Part shown: positions 29,320 through 38,647 of the stretch, piece after piece
How positions within the stretch are numbered: the first letter of the stretch is position 1
Layout of the letters: each line of letters begins with the position of its first letter
Source of the DNA: a virus
Strand: one strand, 5' to 3'
DNA length: 64,000 nucleotides
IMG/VR virus record: IMGVR_UViG_3300012930_000002
Coordinates: 7,818-71,817 of that record
The notes under the pieces: model-generated
Database searches by the model: none
What the model was told of the DNA's origin: nothing
Seen by the model: only the letters and a program-made list of their open reading frames with translations
Made by a program: the position numbers and the translations under genes

Positions 29320-30084
29320 ATGGAAGAAAGAACACTTTTAACCTTTGGCTCATTGTTCGCAGGTATCGGCGGCTTTGATTTAGGTCTTGAACGTGCTGGA
29401 ATGAAATGCAAATGGCAAGTTGAGATTGATGATTATGCATCGAAAGTCCTCGCGAAACACTGGCCCAATGTTACCCGATTTCGAGACGTGCGGGAGTGTG
29501 GAAGGCATAACCTTGCCAACGTTGATCTCATCTGCGGAGGGTTTCCGTGTCAAGACATCAGCAATGCAGGAAAACGAGCGGGAATTGACGGAGAGCGCAG
29601 CGGATTATGGTCGGAGTACGCAAGAATCATTCGCGAGTTACGACCCCAATACGTGCTCGTGGAAAACGTCGCAGCTTTGCTTGGGCGGGGAATGGGCAGA
29701 GTTCTCGGAGACTTGGCCGCGTGCGGGTATGATGCAGAGTGGGACATGTTACCCGCTTGTGCCTTTGGTGCCAAACATATCCGTGAAAGACTTTGGATAT
29801 TATCCTACCCCTACGAAAAGCGACCACAAAGGCGCATCTTCGGGATGTGGAAAGATCAAGAACGAAGAACTTTCGATGCTTCGTTATTATCTATTCAGCT
29901 TGGAGCCAATCATTGGGACGCTTTACCCTCATCCAGAGTTTGTCGAGTGGCTAATGGGATTCCCAATAGGGCACACAGAACTATGACGGTTGGGAATAGT
30001 ATCGTCCCCCAAATCGCAGAATGGATCGGACGAAGAATCATAGCCGCAGAGGAGCATGGAGCATGGAAAGCACGGAACTTTTAG
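29320..30084 (+). CDS. C5 cytosine DNA methyltransferase, alpha subunit (motifs I-VIII and X)
   Basis: FAGIGG (I), GGFPCQ (IV), ENV (VI), HIRER (VIII), GNSIVPQIAEWIG (X); no motif IX in this frame. Confidence 0.88.
   Translation: MEERTLLTFGSLFAGIGGFDLGLERAGMKCKWQVEIDDYASKVLAKHWPNVTRFRDVRECGRHNLANVDLICGGFPCQDISNAGKRAGIDGERSGLWSEYARIIRELRPQYVLVENVAALLGRGMGRVLGDLAACGYDAEWDMLPACAFGAKHIRERLWILSYPYEKRPQRRIFGMWKDQERRTFDASLLSIQLGANHWDALPSSRVCRVANGIPNRAHRTMTVGNSIVPQIAEWIGRRIIAAEEHGAWKARNF
29564..29986 (+). CDS. Nested out-of-frame methyltransferase beta subunit carrying motif IX (start uncertain)
   Basis: Open +1 frame inside the MTase gene ending in PEFVEWLMGFPIGHT (motif IX-like). Confidence 0.65.
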   Translation: MQENERELTESAADYGRSTQESFASYDPNTCSWKTSQLCLGGEWAEFSETWPRAGMMQSGTCYPLVPLVPNISVKDFGYYPTPTKSDHKGASSGCGKIKNEELSMLRYYLFSLEPIIGTLYPHPEFVEWLMGFPIGHTEL

Positions 30085-32339
30085 GTGAGCGGGATTATAC
30101 TGATTTTCTAGCGAGCAAGCGACTGGTTGCGCCCGCTACTGGCATTGAGATCGACCGCGCCGATTTGCACCCTGCCATGTTTCCCTTTCAGGCGGACGTA
30201 ACAACTTGGGCGCTACGTAAGGGCCGTGCGGCAATGTTTCTAGATTGCGTCGCGGGATCATCGCGAATACTGACATCGCAAGGCTACCAACCTATTCAAG
30301 AGCGGAATCGGCAATGGACAGAAATTTATTCGCTGTCACCAACAGGTCCGGTTGTTACTCCTGCTTTTATCTTTAAGAAGGGCAATGCGGGCCTATTACG
30401 TATTCGCACTCAAGGCGGCAGAACTATTGAGATCGCTTCACGGCATCTATTCTTAACGTCTTCCGGCTGGCTTTTGGCTTCCGAGATCGAGGTCGGCGTA
30501 TCGCTTGCAGTATCCGACGCCGACCGTCTTCTGTCCATTTTGGAATCCGGCCAGTTAGTTCAGCACGAAGATGATCGCCATTGGTCGGATACAATTCAAG
30601 ATTGTCAGGCTCGTTACACTGTTTCCCCTTCGCAGTGTTCTTATGGTGAACCACCTCTTCGGGGCGCAAGTATCGCCCAATTACCATTTCTATCACAAGT
30701 CGGTGTTCAAGAACTCGCCCCGCTTTTGAGGCAAATGGATGTTCGGGACAATAAATTGAAACGTACCCATCCGCGTCTAAGTATCGGCCGCCTTTCCATG
30801 CGGGATTATGTGACCCCGGCAAGCTATGCTGAGAGTGACGCGGGATATTGTTCCTTTTCATCGTTTGCCAAATGGTATTCTTTGAATAGCCAAGAACTAT
30901 TCCGACCTGCTTCATCCGATAGCCCTGAGCAGTCAATTCCCGAATTTTCTCAATCTCATCAAGTTGAAGATTATATAAGCGAGGTCGTCCAGTTTTCATG
31001 CTTAGAAGTATACCATGATCCTATAGTCAGTGTCGAGAAAGTAGATGCGGCGGACTATTATGATATGTACGTACCCGGCTATCACAATTACCTTGCAGAA
31101 GGTATGTGGCATCATAATACAGGTCTTGGCAAATCGTTCTGTCAAATTGAATGGGCGCGCATCCTCAATAACCAGGGTTACTGCGTGTTGATAGTAGCCC
31201 CTCTCGCTGTCGCTAAACAAACTGTGCGCGAGGCTGCGAAGTGGGGTACGGCAATCGAGTATGTGCGAGAGCCGGCAGCAATCAGCGGCACAACTGAAAC
31301 GATCATCACCAACTATGAACACGTGCAGAAGTTCGATATGCGGCAGTTTGGCGGCGTGGTACTGGACGAATCAAGCATCCTCAAGTCGCAAGACGGTAAG
31401 ACACGTACACGGTTGATTGAAATGTGCCGCGAGATACCTTTCCGCCTATGCTGCACGGCCACCCCTGCACCAAACGACATTAGCGAGATTGCCAACCATG
31501 CTGAGTTCTTAGGATTGATGTCCCGCACTGAAATGCTCGCCCATTTCTTCGTTCACGGTGACACCGGCTGGCGACTGAAAGGTCACGCTAGCGAACCGTT
31601 CTATCGCTGGCTGGCGTCCTGGGGGATGTCAGTGAAGAAGCCGAGCGACCTGGGCTACGAGGACGGTGCATTCATCTTGCCACCGCTTACCATCACTCCG
31701 CACTTTGTTCAAACCGACTGGAAGCCGGACGGGATGCTATTCAGCGTCAAGTTACGTGGCATCGGCGAACGGTCACAAGCACGGAAGGCGACACTGCTAC
31801 CACGTGTTGCGAAAACAGTTGAGATTGTTGAAGCGGAGCCGAACCAACGTTGGCTGATCTTTTGTGACACGAACGATGAATCGACGGCATTGAAAAAAGC
31901 ACTGGATGCAGTCGAGGTCAAGGGCAGCGATACGCTAGATCACAAAGAACGGTCACTGCTTGGATTTGCCAACGGTGACATTCCGCGACTTGTAAGCAAG
32001 ACCTCAATTGCGGGCTTTGGTTTGAATCTCCAAGTCTGCTCCCGCGTCCTTTACTGCGGCCTCAGCGACAGTGAGGAAAAGTTCTATCAAGGCACCCGGC
32101 GAGTCTGGCGATTTGGCCAGCCTGATCCCGTTACCGCGCATATCGTGCTGAGCGATGCCGAGTATCCGATCTACGAGAACGTGATGAGGAAAGAAGCGAA
32201 GGCAGCAGAGATGTCAGCTAACCTGATTCAGAATGTCGCTGCATATGAACGCACCGAGATCAGTTCGCATCTTGGCAGCTTTAACTATGCGGACGATCAG
32301 GAAATAAAGCTTCCATCTTGGCTTAATGGTGGTGTATAA
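30063..32339 (+). CDS. SNF2-like helicase interrupted by an intein
   Basis: MFPFQ, FLD|TGLGKS after splicing, VVLDESS, CTATPAPND, GFGLNLQ, RRVWRFGQ. Confidence 0.88.
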   Translation: MESTELLGERDYTDFLASKRLVAPATGIEIDRADLHPAMFPFQADVTTWALRKGRAAMFLDCVAGSSRILTSQGYQPIQERNRQWTEIYSLSPTGPVVTPAFIFKKGNAGLLRIRTQGGRTIEIASRHLFLTSSGWLLASEIEVGVSLAVSDADRLLSILESGQLVQHEDDRHWSDTIQDCQARYTVSPSQCSYGEPPLRGASIAQLPFLSQVGVQELAPLLRQMDVRDNKLKRTHPRLSIGRLSMRDYVTPASYAESDAGYCSFSSFAKWYSLNSQELFRPASSDSPEQSIPEFSQSHQVEDYISEVVQFSCLEVYHDPIVSVEKVDAADYYDMYVPGYHNYLAEGMWHHNTGLGKSFCQIEWARILNNQGYCVLIVAPLAVAKQTVREAAKWGTAIEYVREPAAISGTTETIITNYEHVQKFDMRQFGGVVLDESSILKSQDGKTRTRLIEMCREIPFRLCCTATPAPNDISEIANHAEFLGLMSRTEMLAHFFVHGDTGWRLKGHASEPFYRWLASWGMSVKKPSDLGYEDGAFILPPLTITPHFVQTDWKPDGMLFSVKLRGIGERSQARKATLLPRVAKTVEIVEAEPNQRWLIFCDTNDESTALKKALDAVEVKGSDTLDHKERSLLGFANGDIPRLVSKTSIAGFGLNLQVCSRVLYCGLSDSEEKFYQGTRRVWRFGQPDPVTAHIVLSDAEYPIYENVMRKEAKAAEMSANLIQNVAAYERTEISSHLGSFNYADDQEIKLPSWLNGGV
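30424..30999 (-). CDS. HNH homing endonuclease with N-terminal HTH, antisense within the intein
   Basis: HNPAWKGGRYLDADGYV...EHRLVIEMVIGRYLRPEEVVHHKN...NEPDNLEL. Confidence 0.85.
   Translation of the reverse strand: MKTGRPRLYNLQLDEIEKIRELTAQGYRMKQVGIVLGYSKNTIWQTMKRNNIPRHSQHSLPGSHNPAWKGGRYLDADGYVSIYCPEHPFASKAGRVLEHRLVIEMVIGRYLRPEEVVHHKNTAKGKQCNEPDNLELYPTNGDHLRAELTGRIPKWTEDGRRRILQAIRRPRSRKPKASRKTLRIDAVKRSQ
31007..31036 (-). promoter_or_regulatory. Antisense promoter inside the intein, driving the HNH gene
   Basis: TCGACA, 18-nt spacer ending TGG, TATACT; ATG 7 nt downstream. Confidence 0.6.
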
Positions 32340-33132
32340 TGGTGGCGTGAAGATTCCGTTGCCGGTACGTCAAAAAGTCAAGTGTGCGATCTGTGACAGA
32401 ACTCTTAGTCGGGTTATTTGGAACTACCCAAAGAATCGGCCTATCGCCTTTTTCTTTTGTAACAACAGCTGCAAGGGGCAATGGCAAAGAGAACAGCGGG
32501 AGGCATTAGGATTTACGCGAGAATGGCTGATAGAGCAGTATATTGTTCTTAAAAAGACGGCTAATGATATTGCTACTGAGATCGGTCGTGATCCTAAGCG
32601 CGTTTGGGAATGGATCAGGGATTATAAAATTGCGACTCGCCCACGTGGAACCGCAACTCATCTGAAAGGCGGCGTGCCGTTTGGACGTGGCAACATTGGC
32701 CGGAAGCATTCACCTGAAATGAAAGCAAAGCTACGAGCTATCGCATTAGCTGACGGTCGCGTTCCTTATGATCCAAAAGTCGGACCTCCGTTCAAAGGAA
32801 AACGTGGAGCCGAAACACCAAACTGGAAAGGCGGTGTTACGCCAGAGCGACAGGCTTTTTATTCATCGCCTGAATGGGCAAAAGCGATCAAGGCAGTCTG
32901 GCATCGAGCGGATGCAAAATGCGAGCGATGCGGATTAGATCATCGGACGATTGATCGAACAAAGAAACGGTTTCATGTTCATCATATCGTTAGCTTTCAA
33001 ATACGCGAGCTGCGGGCGGTAGTAAGCAATCTCGCATTACTCTGTGATACCTGTCATCGATGGGTACATAGCAAAAGGAATAAGAACCATGAGTTCATCC
33101 GCGAAAGTAATGGCGCAGGCACAGGGCTCTAA
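32326..33132 (+). CDS. Free-standing HNH endonuclease (NUMOD3-like and HTH elements)
   Basis: GRKHSPEMKAKL, PNWKGGVT, CERCG...HVHHIVSF...NLALLCDTCHRWVH. Confidence 0.85.
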   Translation: MVVYNGGVKIPLPVRQKVKCAICDRTLSRVIWNYPKNRPIAFFFCNNSCKGQWQREQREALGFTREWLIEQYIVLKKTANDIATEIGRDPKRVWEWIRDYKIATRPRGTATHLKGGVPFGRGNIGRKHSPEMKAKLRAIALADGRVPYDPKVGPPFKGKRGAETPNWKGGVTPERQAFYSSPEWAKAIKAVWHRADAKCERCGLDHRTIDRTKKRFHVHHIVSFQIRELRAVVSNLALLCDTCHRWVHSKRNKNHEFIRESNGAGTGL

Positions 33133-34078
33133 TTGGGCTTTATATAATGGGGATTCTGCCGAGATTATGAAAGGGCTTCCTTCCGAGTCTGTTGACTTAA
33201 GCCTGTTCTCTCCGCCTTTTGGCGCATTATTTGTGTATTCCAATACCGAACGTGATCTAGGTAACAGCAAAAACGCGGATGAGTTCTTTACCCACTTCGC
33301 CTACATTACCAGTGAAATTTATCGCGTGATGAAACCGGGACGGAATGTCTGTGTACACGTCGCGCAGTTGCCATTGACTAAACAGACAGATGGCGTCATC
33401 GGCATCAAGGACTTTCGCGGTGATGTAATCCGGCACTTTGTCGCGCAGAATTTTATCTTTCACGGCGAAGTTTGTATAGACAAAGATCCGCAAGCCCAGG
33501 CAATTCGCACGCACAATAAGGGGTTGTTATTCGTGCAGCTCAAGAAGGACTCAAGCTGGTTGCGACCCGCGTTCGCTGACTACGTGCTAGTGTTTCGCAA
33601 GCCTGGAGAGAACGCCGTAGCGATCCATCCTAATATCAGTAACGACGACTGGATCAAGTGGGCACATCCGCTTTGGCAAATTGAAACGACTGACGAGGAC
33701 CGAGCGCTATTCGATAGCTCCGAGCTGTTCGACCTTGCGCCGGGCACTCCGCTAATCTGGTACGGCATTCGCGAGAGTGACACGCTGCAAGGCATGCGTG
33801 AGGCTCGTGATGAGAAGGACGGCAAGCATATTTGTCCGTTGCAGCTTGGTACGATAGAGCGATGTGTTAGGTTGTGGAGTAATCCAGGCGAGCTAGTGTT
33901 CTCGCCCTTTGCAGGCATCGGCAGCGAGCCGTATCAAGCGGTCAAGTTTGGCCGGCGCGGATTAGGTATTGAACTGAAGCCACAGTATTACTCTGTCGCC
34001 GTCAAAAACCTCCAGCAAGCCGAGCGTGAGGCGATGTCAGGATCGCTGTTTGGGCTGATGGAAGCTGCCGCGCCGTAG
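33089..34078 (+). CDS. N4/N6 DNA methyltransferase (beta class)
   Basis: GDSAEIM, FSPPF catalytic motif, HICPLQ, FSPFAGIGSE SAM-binding motif, GIELK. Confidence 0.9.
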   Translation: MSSSAKVMAQAQGSNWALYNGDSAEIMKGLPSESVDLSLFSPPFGALFVYSNTERDLGNSKNADEFFTHFAYITSEIYRVMKPGRNVCVHVAQLPLTKQTDGVIGIKDFRGDVIRHFVAQNFIFHGEVCIDKDPQAQAIRTHNKGLLFVQLKKDSSWLRPAFADYVLVFRKPGENAVAIHPNISNDDWIKWAHPLWQIETTDEDRALFDSSELFDLAPGTPLIWYGIRESDTLQGMREARDEKDGKHICPLQLGTIERCVRLWSNPGELVFSPFAGIGSEPYQAVKFGRRGLGIELKPQYYSVAVKNLQQAEREAMSGSLFGLMEAAAP

Positions 34079-34127
34079 CCCCTCCACCCCGTTTATCCGC
34101 AGGTGGAAAAATAGTTGCAGAAAGTTC

Positions 34128-34156
34128 TTGACAAGATATACGCAAAGATATACACT
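34128..34156 (+). promoter_or_regulatory. Sigma70 promoter overlapped by two AAGATATAC direct repeats
   Basis: TTGACA 34128-34133, 17-nt spacer, TACACT 34151-34156. Confidence 0.7.
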
Positions 34157-34166
34157 CCAATCCGCA

Positions 34167-34331
34167 ATGAAATCTAGAAAGAGAGAGCCGCGAACCAAAC
34201 CGCTACTGGTCAGGATGAATGAATATGAGCGCGACGAGTTAGCACGGCTGGCTCGGCGGTGGGACGTGACGCCAACAGAAGCAATACGGTTGGCAATTCG
34301 CGTTATCAATGATCGGTTGGTGAAACTATGA
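34167..34331 (+). CDS. Ribbon-helix-helix (CopG-like) regulator
   Basis: RTKPLLVRMNEYERDELARLARRWDVTPTEAIRLAI. Confidence 0.7.
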   Translation: MKSRKREPRTKPLLVRMNEYERDELARLARRWDVTPTEAIRLAIRVINDRLVKL

Positions 34332-34575
34332 TTAAAGTGACGCTTGATGACGGTGATTATGATCTGCTGAAAGACGCAATTGCTCTAAAGAAGCTCGACA
34401 TCCAAAGGATTACGAAATGGGAGCTTCCTTTATCAAATACTACCACTGCAAAATTGGAGATTGTCGGGCCGGTGGATGAGCTACTTGCTATTGAGTTCTT
34501 CACCGTTGCAATGGATATCATCGTAGCGGCACGAGATAAACTTATGCCGGCGACAGCGATTAAAGGAGCACAGCA

Positions 34576-34831
34576 ATGACCTCACCGTTTGACGATTTCA
34601 AGTTCAAGATTGGCGATCTCGTGCAGCTTTGCAGTGAGCCTCCGGTTGGCGGATACATCATCGTTCAGCGGCTACTCGTGCAAGGGAGTTGCTGGCGGTC
34701 AATTTCGCGCTTATGGGCTTTCTGAAGATATGAGGCCGTGGCGACCTGAAATAGAGTTACAGGCATCAGAACTCGCACCTATCGCGGCTCACTGGCATTT
34801 CAGCTATGACAAACCGGAGGAGAGCAAATGA
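34576..34831 (+). pseudogene. Small ORF with an apparent one-base insertion
   Basis: MTSPFDDFKFKIGDLVQ...VQ continues as GVAGGQFRAY...EESK in the +1 frame around CAAGGGAG; span is 3n+1. Confidence 0.45.
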
Positions 34832-35376
34832 CCTCACCGATTACAGCGACGAGAGCTAACAGTAAGACGCCTGAAGAGTACGCAAAGGCACAGGAGATAC
34901 CAATGGAAGTACTGACCGAACAATTAGTTCGTAGTCTACTTCGTAACGCCTTCGCAGCAGGAATCAACGAAGGGCTAAATATAGCGATGAAGAAAATCGA
35001 GGAGTACGAACGATGACCGCCAGCACAATCGCGTTAGATGAACCAACCGAAACAGCCGCCCAGACCGCAATCCGCGCCAAGATCGCCAAGCTGGAGGACG
35101 ATGCAATCGCGAATCGCATCAAGGCCATTGGGCGGGCGGTCAAGACGCGGCAAGAGCGACAGGCCGAGACGGTAATTGCTGTAAAGCGGAGTTGAAGAAG
35201 GATTAGGACAATGACAGCAATGAACAACAACCAACTCTATGTCAAACTCTTACGATTAGACCCGACTATTCGAGCTACTATTCAAGACGTTCTTTGTGAG
35301 CTTCGATACCGTATTGCTTTCGATAGCCAGAGAAGCGAAGAGGCCGTGCAAAACGAGTGCGAGGAGATAGCGAGAA

Positions 35377-36435
35377 GTGGACAATAAGATTAGCAACCCG
35401 TCTTTCAGTTCCTTGAGCCAGTATCGTAACTGCCAGCTACTCTACAAATACGGCAATCACCTTGGGCTGGTGCCACGAGGGGCGGCGACTAATCACGACC
35501 TGCTGTACGGCTCAGCGGGACACGCGGCACTGGCGGCGCTTTACAACAATGAGCCAATACGGGCGGTAGGCGAGACATTTATGAATGCTTATCCCGCTGG
35601 CCTCTATCCAGACCCGCTGCCCAAATACGGTCAAGGCAAGAGTCAGGCTAACTTTCTTGCTGCCCTATGGCGATACATCAATGACATCTGGCGGGTGGAT
35701 TGCGAGAACTGGGAGGTGCTGAGCGTAGAGAGGCCGGAGAGCACCGAGGGCCTGGGCGAGTATGACCACCTGCTGGTGCTGGACCTAGTTGTTCGCGACA
35801 AGCAAGACGGATTAGTCTGGGGTATAGATCACAAAATTACTGGCAGCTATCTTAGCGACATCTGGCCACGCTACGAGCTATCGTCGCAGGTGCGAATGTA
35901 TACCGCTGACATCAAGCGGCGATACGGGAATTGCGGCGGGTTTATTATCAATGCTATCAGCTTGAGACATCGCAGTAAAGCATATACACCGCGAACAGGA
36001 GCCGACAAGGGGAAGCAGCTACCAGCGGGAGATTGGTTCGCATTCGGGCGGATGGTATACCGGCCTAATGAAGAATGCTTAAAGCTGGAACAGGCAAATG
36101 TGCAAGCTACCACCGACGCAATGCGGGACAGCATACAGCGCGACGTGTGGAGCTACAATACCGCTCGATGCCACATTGGTAAGGATTACGCTTGCCCATT
36201 CGTCACCATCTGCCAACCCGGCTGGTCGTGGCCGCAGGACAGGGAGAGCATTCTGGAGTACTACCGGCAGCGATGCGGACAGAGGATCATCGCGACAGGT
36301 GCAACAATTGGTCATTGCGAGCTGAACCGAGAGCACGATGGCGAATGCAGTCCCAATGCGCCAGAAGAATCGCCACTGCCGCAGATCATTGTTGTGCCAG
36401 AGAACGATCCCTATTTCGCCAGTATCGAGGACTAG
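35377..36435 (+). CDS. PD-(D/E)XK (RecB/Cas4-like) exonuclease
   Basis: SFSSLSQYRNC, LLYGSAGHAAL, LDLVV...IDHKIT, QVRMY, C-terminal Cys cluster. Confidence 0.85.
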   Translation: MDNKISNPSFSSLSQYRNCQLLYKYGNHLGLVPRGAATNHDLLYGSAGHAALAALYNNEPIRAVGETFMNAYPAGLYPDPLPKYGQGKSQANFLAALWRYINDIWRVDCENWEVLSVERPESTEGLGEYDHLLVLDLVVRDKQDGLVWGIDHKITGSYLSDIWPRYELSSQVRMYTADIKRRYGNCGGFIINAISLRHRSKAYTPRTGADKGKQLPAGDWFAFGRMVYRPNEECLKLEQANVQATTDAMRDSIQRDVWSYNTARCHIGKDYACPFVTICQPGWSWPQDRESILEYYRQRCGQRIIATGATIGHCELNREHDGECSPNAPEESPLPQIIVVPENDPYFASIED

Positions 36436-36437
36436 CT

Positions 36438-36746
36438 ATGATGCCTTTAATTACTATTCTCTGTTTGGCTTTCGCGCAGAACGTGTCATTCAGCATTGTC
36501 AGTTGTAGTCGCAATCGCAGTAGCTTCAGCTACCATATGATGGCATCAGTGTTCAGCAACGGCATCTGGTTCCTGACATTCCGACAGCTGGTTATGGGTG
36601 AGATGAATTGGTTATTGTTTATCCCGTACACCATTGGCACCGTTGCTGGCAGTCTATCGGGAGCGAAGCTGTCAATGTGGATAGAAGCAAAGATTGGCGC
36701 AGTTTCAGACGCGCATATACCAATACCAATCAGAGCAAAGGACTAA
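36438..36746 (+). CDS. Small multi-pass membrane protein
   Basis: Hydrophobic helices; AFAQNVSFSIVSCSRNR...YTIGTVAGS. Confidence 0.6.
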   Translation: MMPLITILCLAFAQNVSFSIVSCSRNRSSFSYHMMASVFSNGIWFLTFRQLVMGEMNWLLFIPYTIGTVAGSLSGAKLSMWIEAKIGAVSDAHIPIPIRAKD

Positions 36747-36751
36747 CAGCA

Positions 36752-37753
36752 ATGGATGTAGCTACTCTCAAATCGCGTCGTCCCGCTTACGCTGTCTGCC
36801 TCATCGGCGCTGCTGGCAGTGGCAAGACTCAACAGGGTTGCACCTTTCCAAAGGTCTACTACATCGGCACTGACCCGACTGGCCTTGATACTGTCTTGCG
36901 CAACCCTGAGAACGCAAAGCTAGTGGCGAATGTCGTAGCAGGCAATGTGCTCAACGGGCTACCTGCTGAGGACGTGTTTGCTGACGATGAAACTAGCGAG
37001 AGCAGCATCTACGGCAACATCGCACTCGCCTGTGACATGGCTGAACGAGGCGAGATTAGGACGATCTTTCTGGACAATCTCACCTACCTACTTGAGCCGA
37101 TGTATTGGCGCTTTATTGGCGGTGATAAGGCGGTGGATACAAGACAGGCGTACCGGCAAGTCGCAGGCTTTGCTGGTGACCTTGTACTGTCACGATTACT
37201 GCCCTTGGCCAACCGCCAAGGTATCAACGTAGTCATCAGCATCCATATCCAGCGCGAAAGTAAGGAAGCGGTGGAGGGAATTGAGAACTTTAACAGCGGC
37301 AAGCGGAAGCTTGAAGAGGTTGGCGGGAGTAAGAGACACGTGAATCTCAAGAGCGACCTGTCACCAATGGTCATAGGCGGACTGCGGCAAAAGATAGCGG
37401 GTATGCCCAGTGCTCAGCTCTGGCTGAATAACGACTTGCAGGATGGCAAGCTGGTGTATGAAGCGTATTGTCAGAAGCAGTACGTTGCCGCTTGGGATGC
37501 CGAGATCGAGGCGAAGAACCGCTACGGCCTACCGCCAACGCTAGTGCTGACCGGCGCAAGTCTCTATGCCACGTTAGTCCAGGCCAGCAAGCGGGCGATG
37601 GAGGCGCAGAAGGCGGTAGCAGCAAAGGCGACCGCAAGCGCGACTAAGGTTACCAGCCCCGGCGATGGGCCACCGCCAGAGCCAGTAGCAGTAACCAGTG
37701 GCCTCGCCCCAAGTGGGCAAACACTAATCAATGACAAGGAGAGAAAATCATGA
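36752..37753 (+). CDS. AAA_24 / Sak4-like ATPase recombinase
   Basis: GAAGSGKT, TIFLDNLT, EAKNRYGLP; located between the exonuclease and SSB-like genes. Confidence 0.8.
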   Translation: MDVATLKSRRPAYAVCLIGAAGSGKTQQGCTFPKVYYIGTDPTGLDTVLRNPENAKLVANVVAGNVLNGLPAEDVFADDETSESSIYGNIALACDMAERGEIRTIFLDNLTYLLEPMYWRFIGGDKAVDTRQAYRQVAGFAGDLVLSRLLPLANRQGINVVISIHIQRESKEAVEGIENFNSGKRKLEEVGGSKRHVNLKSDLSPMVIGGLRQKIAGMPSAQLWLNNDLQDGKLVYEAYCQKQYVAAWDAEIEAKNRYGLPPTLVLTGASLYATLVQASKRAMEAQKAVAAKATASATKVTSPGDGPPPEPVAVTSGLAPSGQTLINDKERKS

Positions 37754-38532
37754 GTAGCGCAGAGACAGAAGTAGCAGCAGCGACAACAGTGGACGACATC
37801 CCGAACGACGAAGAAGTAGCCGGGGCAGCGGCCGCTCCCGCTGGCGACGGTACGCCCGATTGGGTCAAGGAAGGCACCACAGAAGACGAGGACGACATCC
37901 CTAGTCAAGCAGTCGCCGGCGCAAAGCCGATGGAACCGTTTGGCGACTGGGTTGAGCCAGCAAAGGGCGTGGAGCTGGAGATCGTTAAGGCGGTGGTCGA
38001 AACATACGTACCGCGTGACGAGAGTGAGTGGAAGTTCAAGCAGATGAACGTTCATCTCAAGGTCAAGAATGGCATCACCTACAAGGCCGGGCAGAAGCCG
38101 ATGTACAAGGGAAAGATGTTCTTTCATCGCTTCTACGTGGCAGTGAACCGAGCAGCAGAGCAGGCAGGCGTCTACGACTTCAGCAAAAATGCCCAAGGCA
38201 AGCCGACTGTGTTCTGGGATGTACCGCGCAAAGGGGATGACAAGGCGGGGCAGGCGTGGGGGGATTACAACGAGTTCTTGGTCGCGCTTGGTTTCCCGAC
38301 TGACGGTTCCCTGCGGAACAACAAGAGCTTCCGGGACAGCCTTGTCGGTCGTGGCATCATCTACGATATCGACAAGGACAAGAAAGAAGAATACAACCGC
38401 CAAACCGAGAAGCGAGAGAAGGTGGCCGGCGAGTTTGTCAACGCGCTACGGCATGCGAAGGCGACAAAGGTGGCAGCGGTGGCTCCGGTAGCAGCAGCGG
38501 CGACAGCTGACACGCCCGACTGGGAGAGCTAG
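37750..38532 (+). CDS. Putative single-stranded DNA-binding protein
   Basis: Position after the Sak4-like gene, OB-like strand pattern, acidic/aromatic tail (DTPDWES). Confidence 0.55.
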   Translation: MSSAETEVAAATTVDDIPNDEEVAGAAAAPAGDGTPDWVKEGTTEDEDDIPSQAVAGAKPMEPFGDWVEPAKGVELEIVKAVVETYVPRDESEWKFKQMNVHLKVKNGITYKAGQKPMYKGKMFFHRFYVAVNRAAEQAGVYDFSKNAQGKPTVFWDVPRKGDDKAGQAWGDYNEFLVALGFPTDGSLRNNKSFRDSLVGRGIIYDIDKDKKEEYNRQTEKREKVAGEFVNALRHAKATKVAAVAPVAAAATADTPDWES

Positions 38533-38647
38533 CAACGATGGTGGCACTTACTAATGTGACAGGGAGGCCGGTAGTGGCGGCGCGGGTTAATCAGGTCGTG
38601 TTCACTTTGCCCTCCCTGCCCCTCAGTAAGCCAGACAGGTCATAAAA

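Larger units (their letters stand above)
30246..31118 (+). mobile_element. Intein (291 aa) inserted in helicase motif I
   Basis: Starts CVAGSSRILT; block B IEIASRHLFLT; ends YYDMYVPGYHNYLAEGMWHHN followed by +1 Thr. Confidence 0.9.

Noticed and set aside
37564-38403. 279-aa antisense ORF
   Set aside because: Mirror of the SSB-like gene with no motifs, unlike the antisense HNH in the intein.
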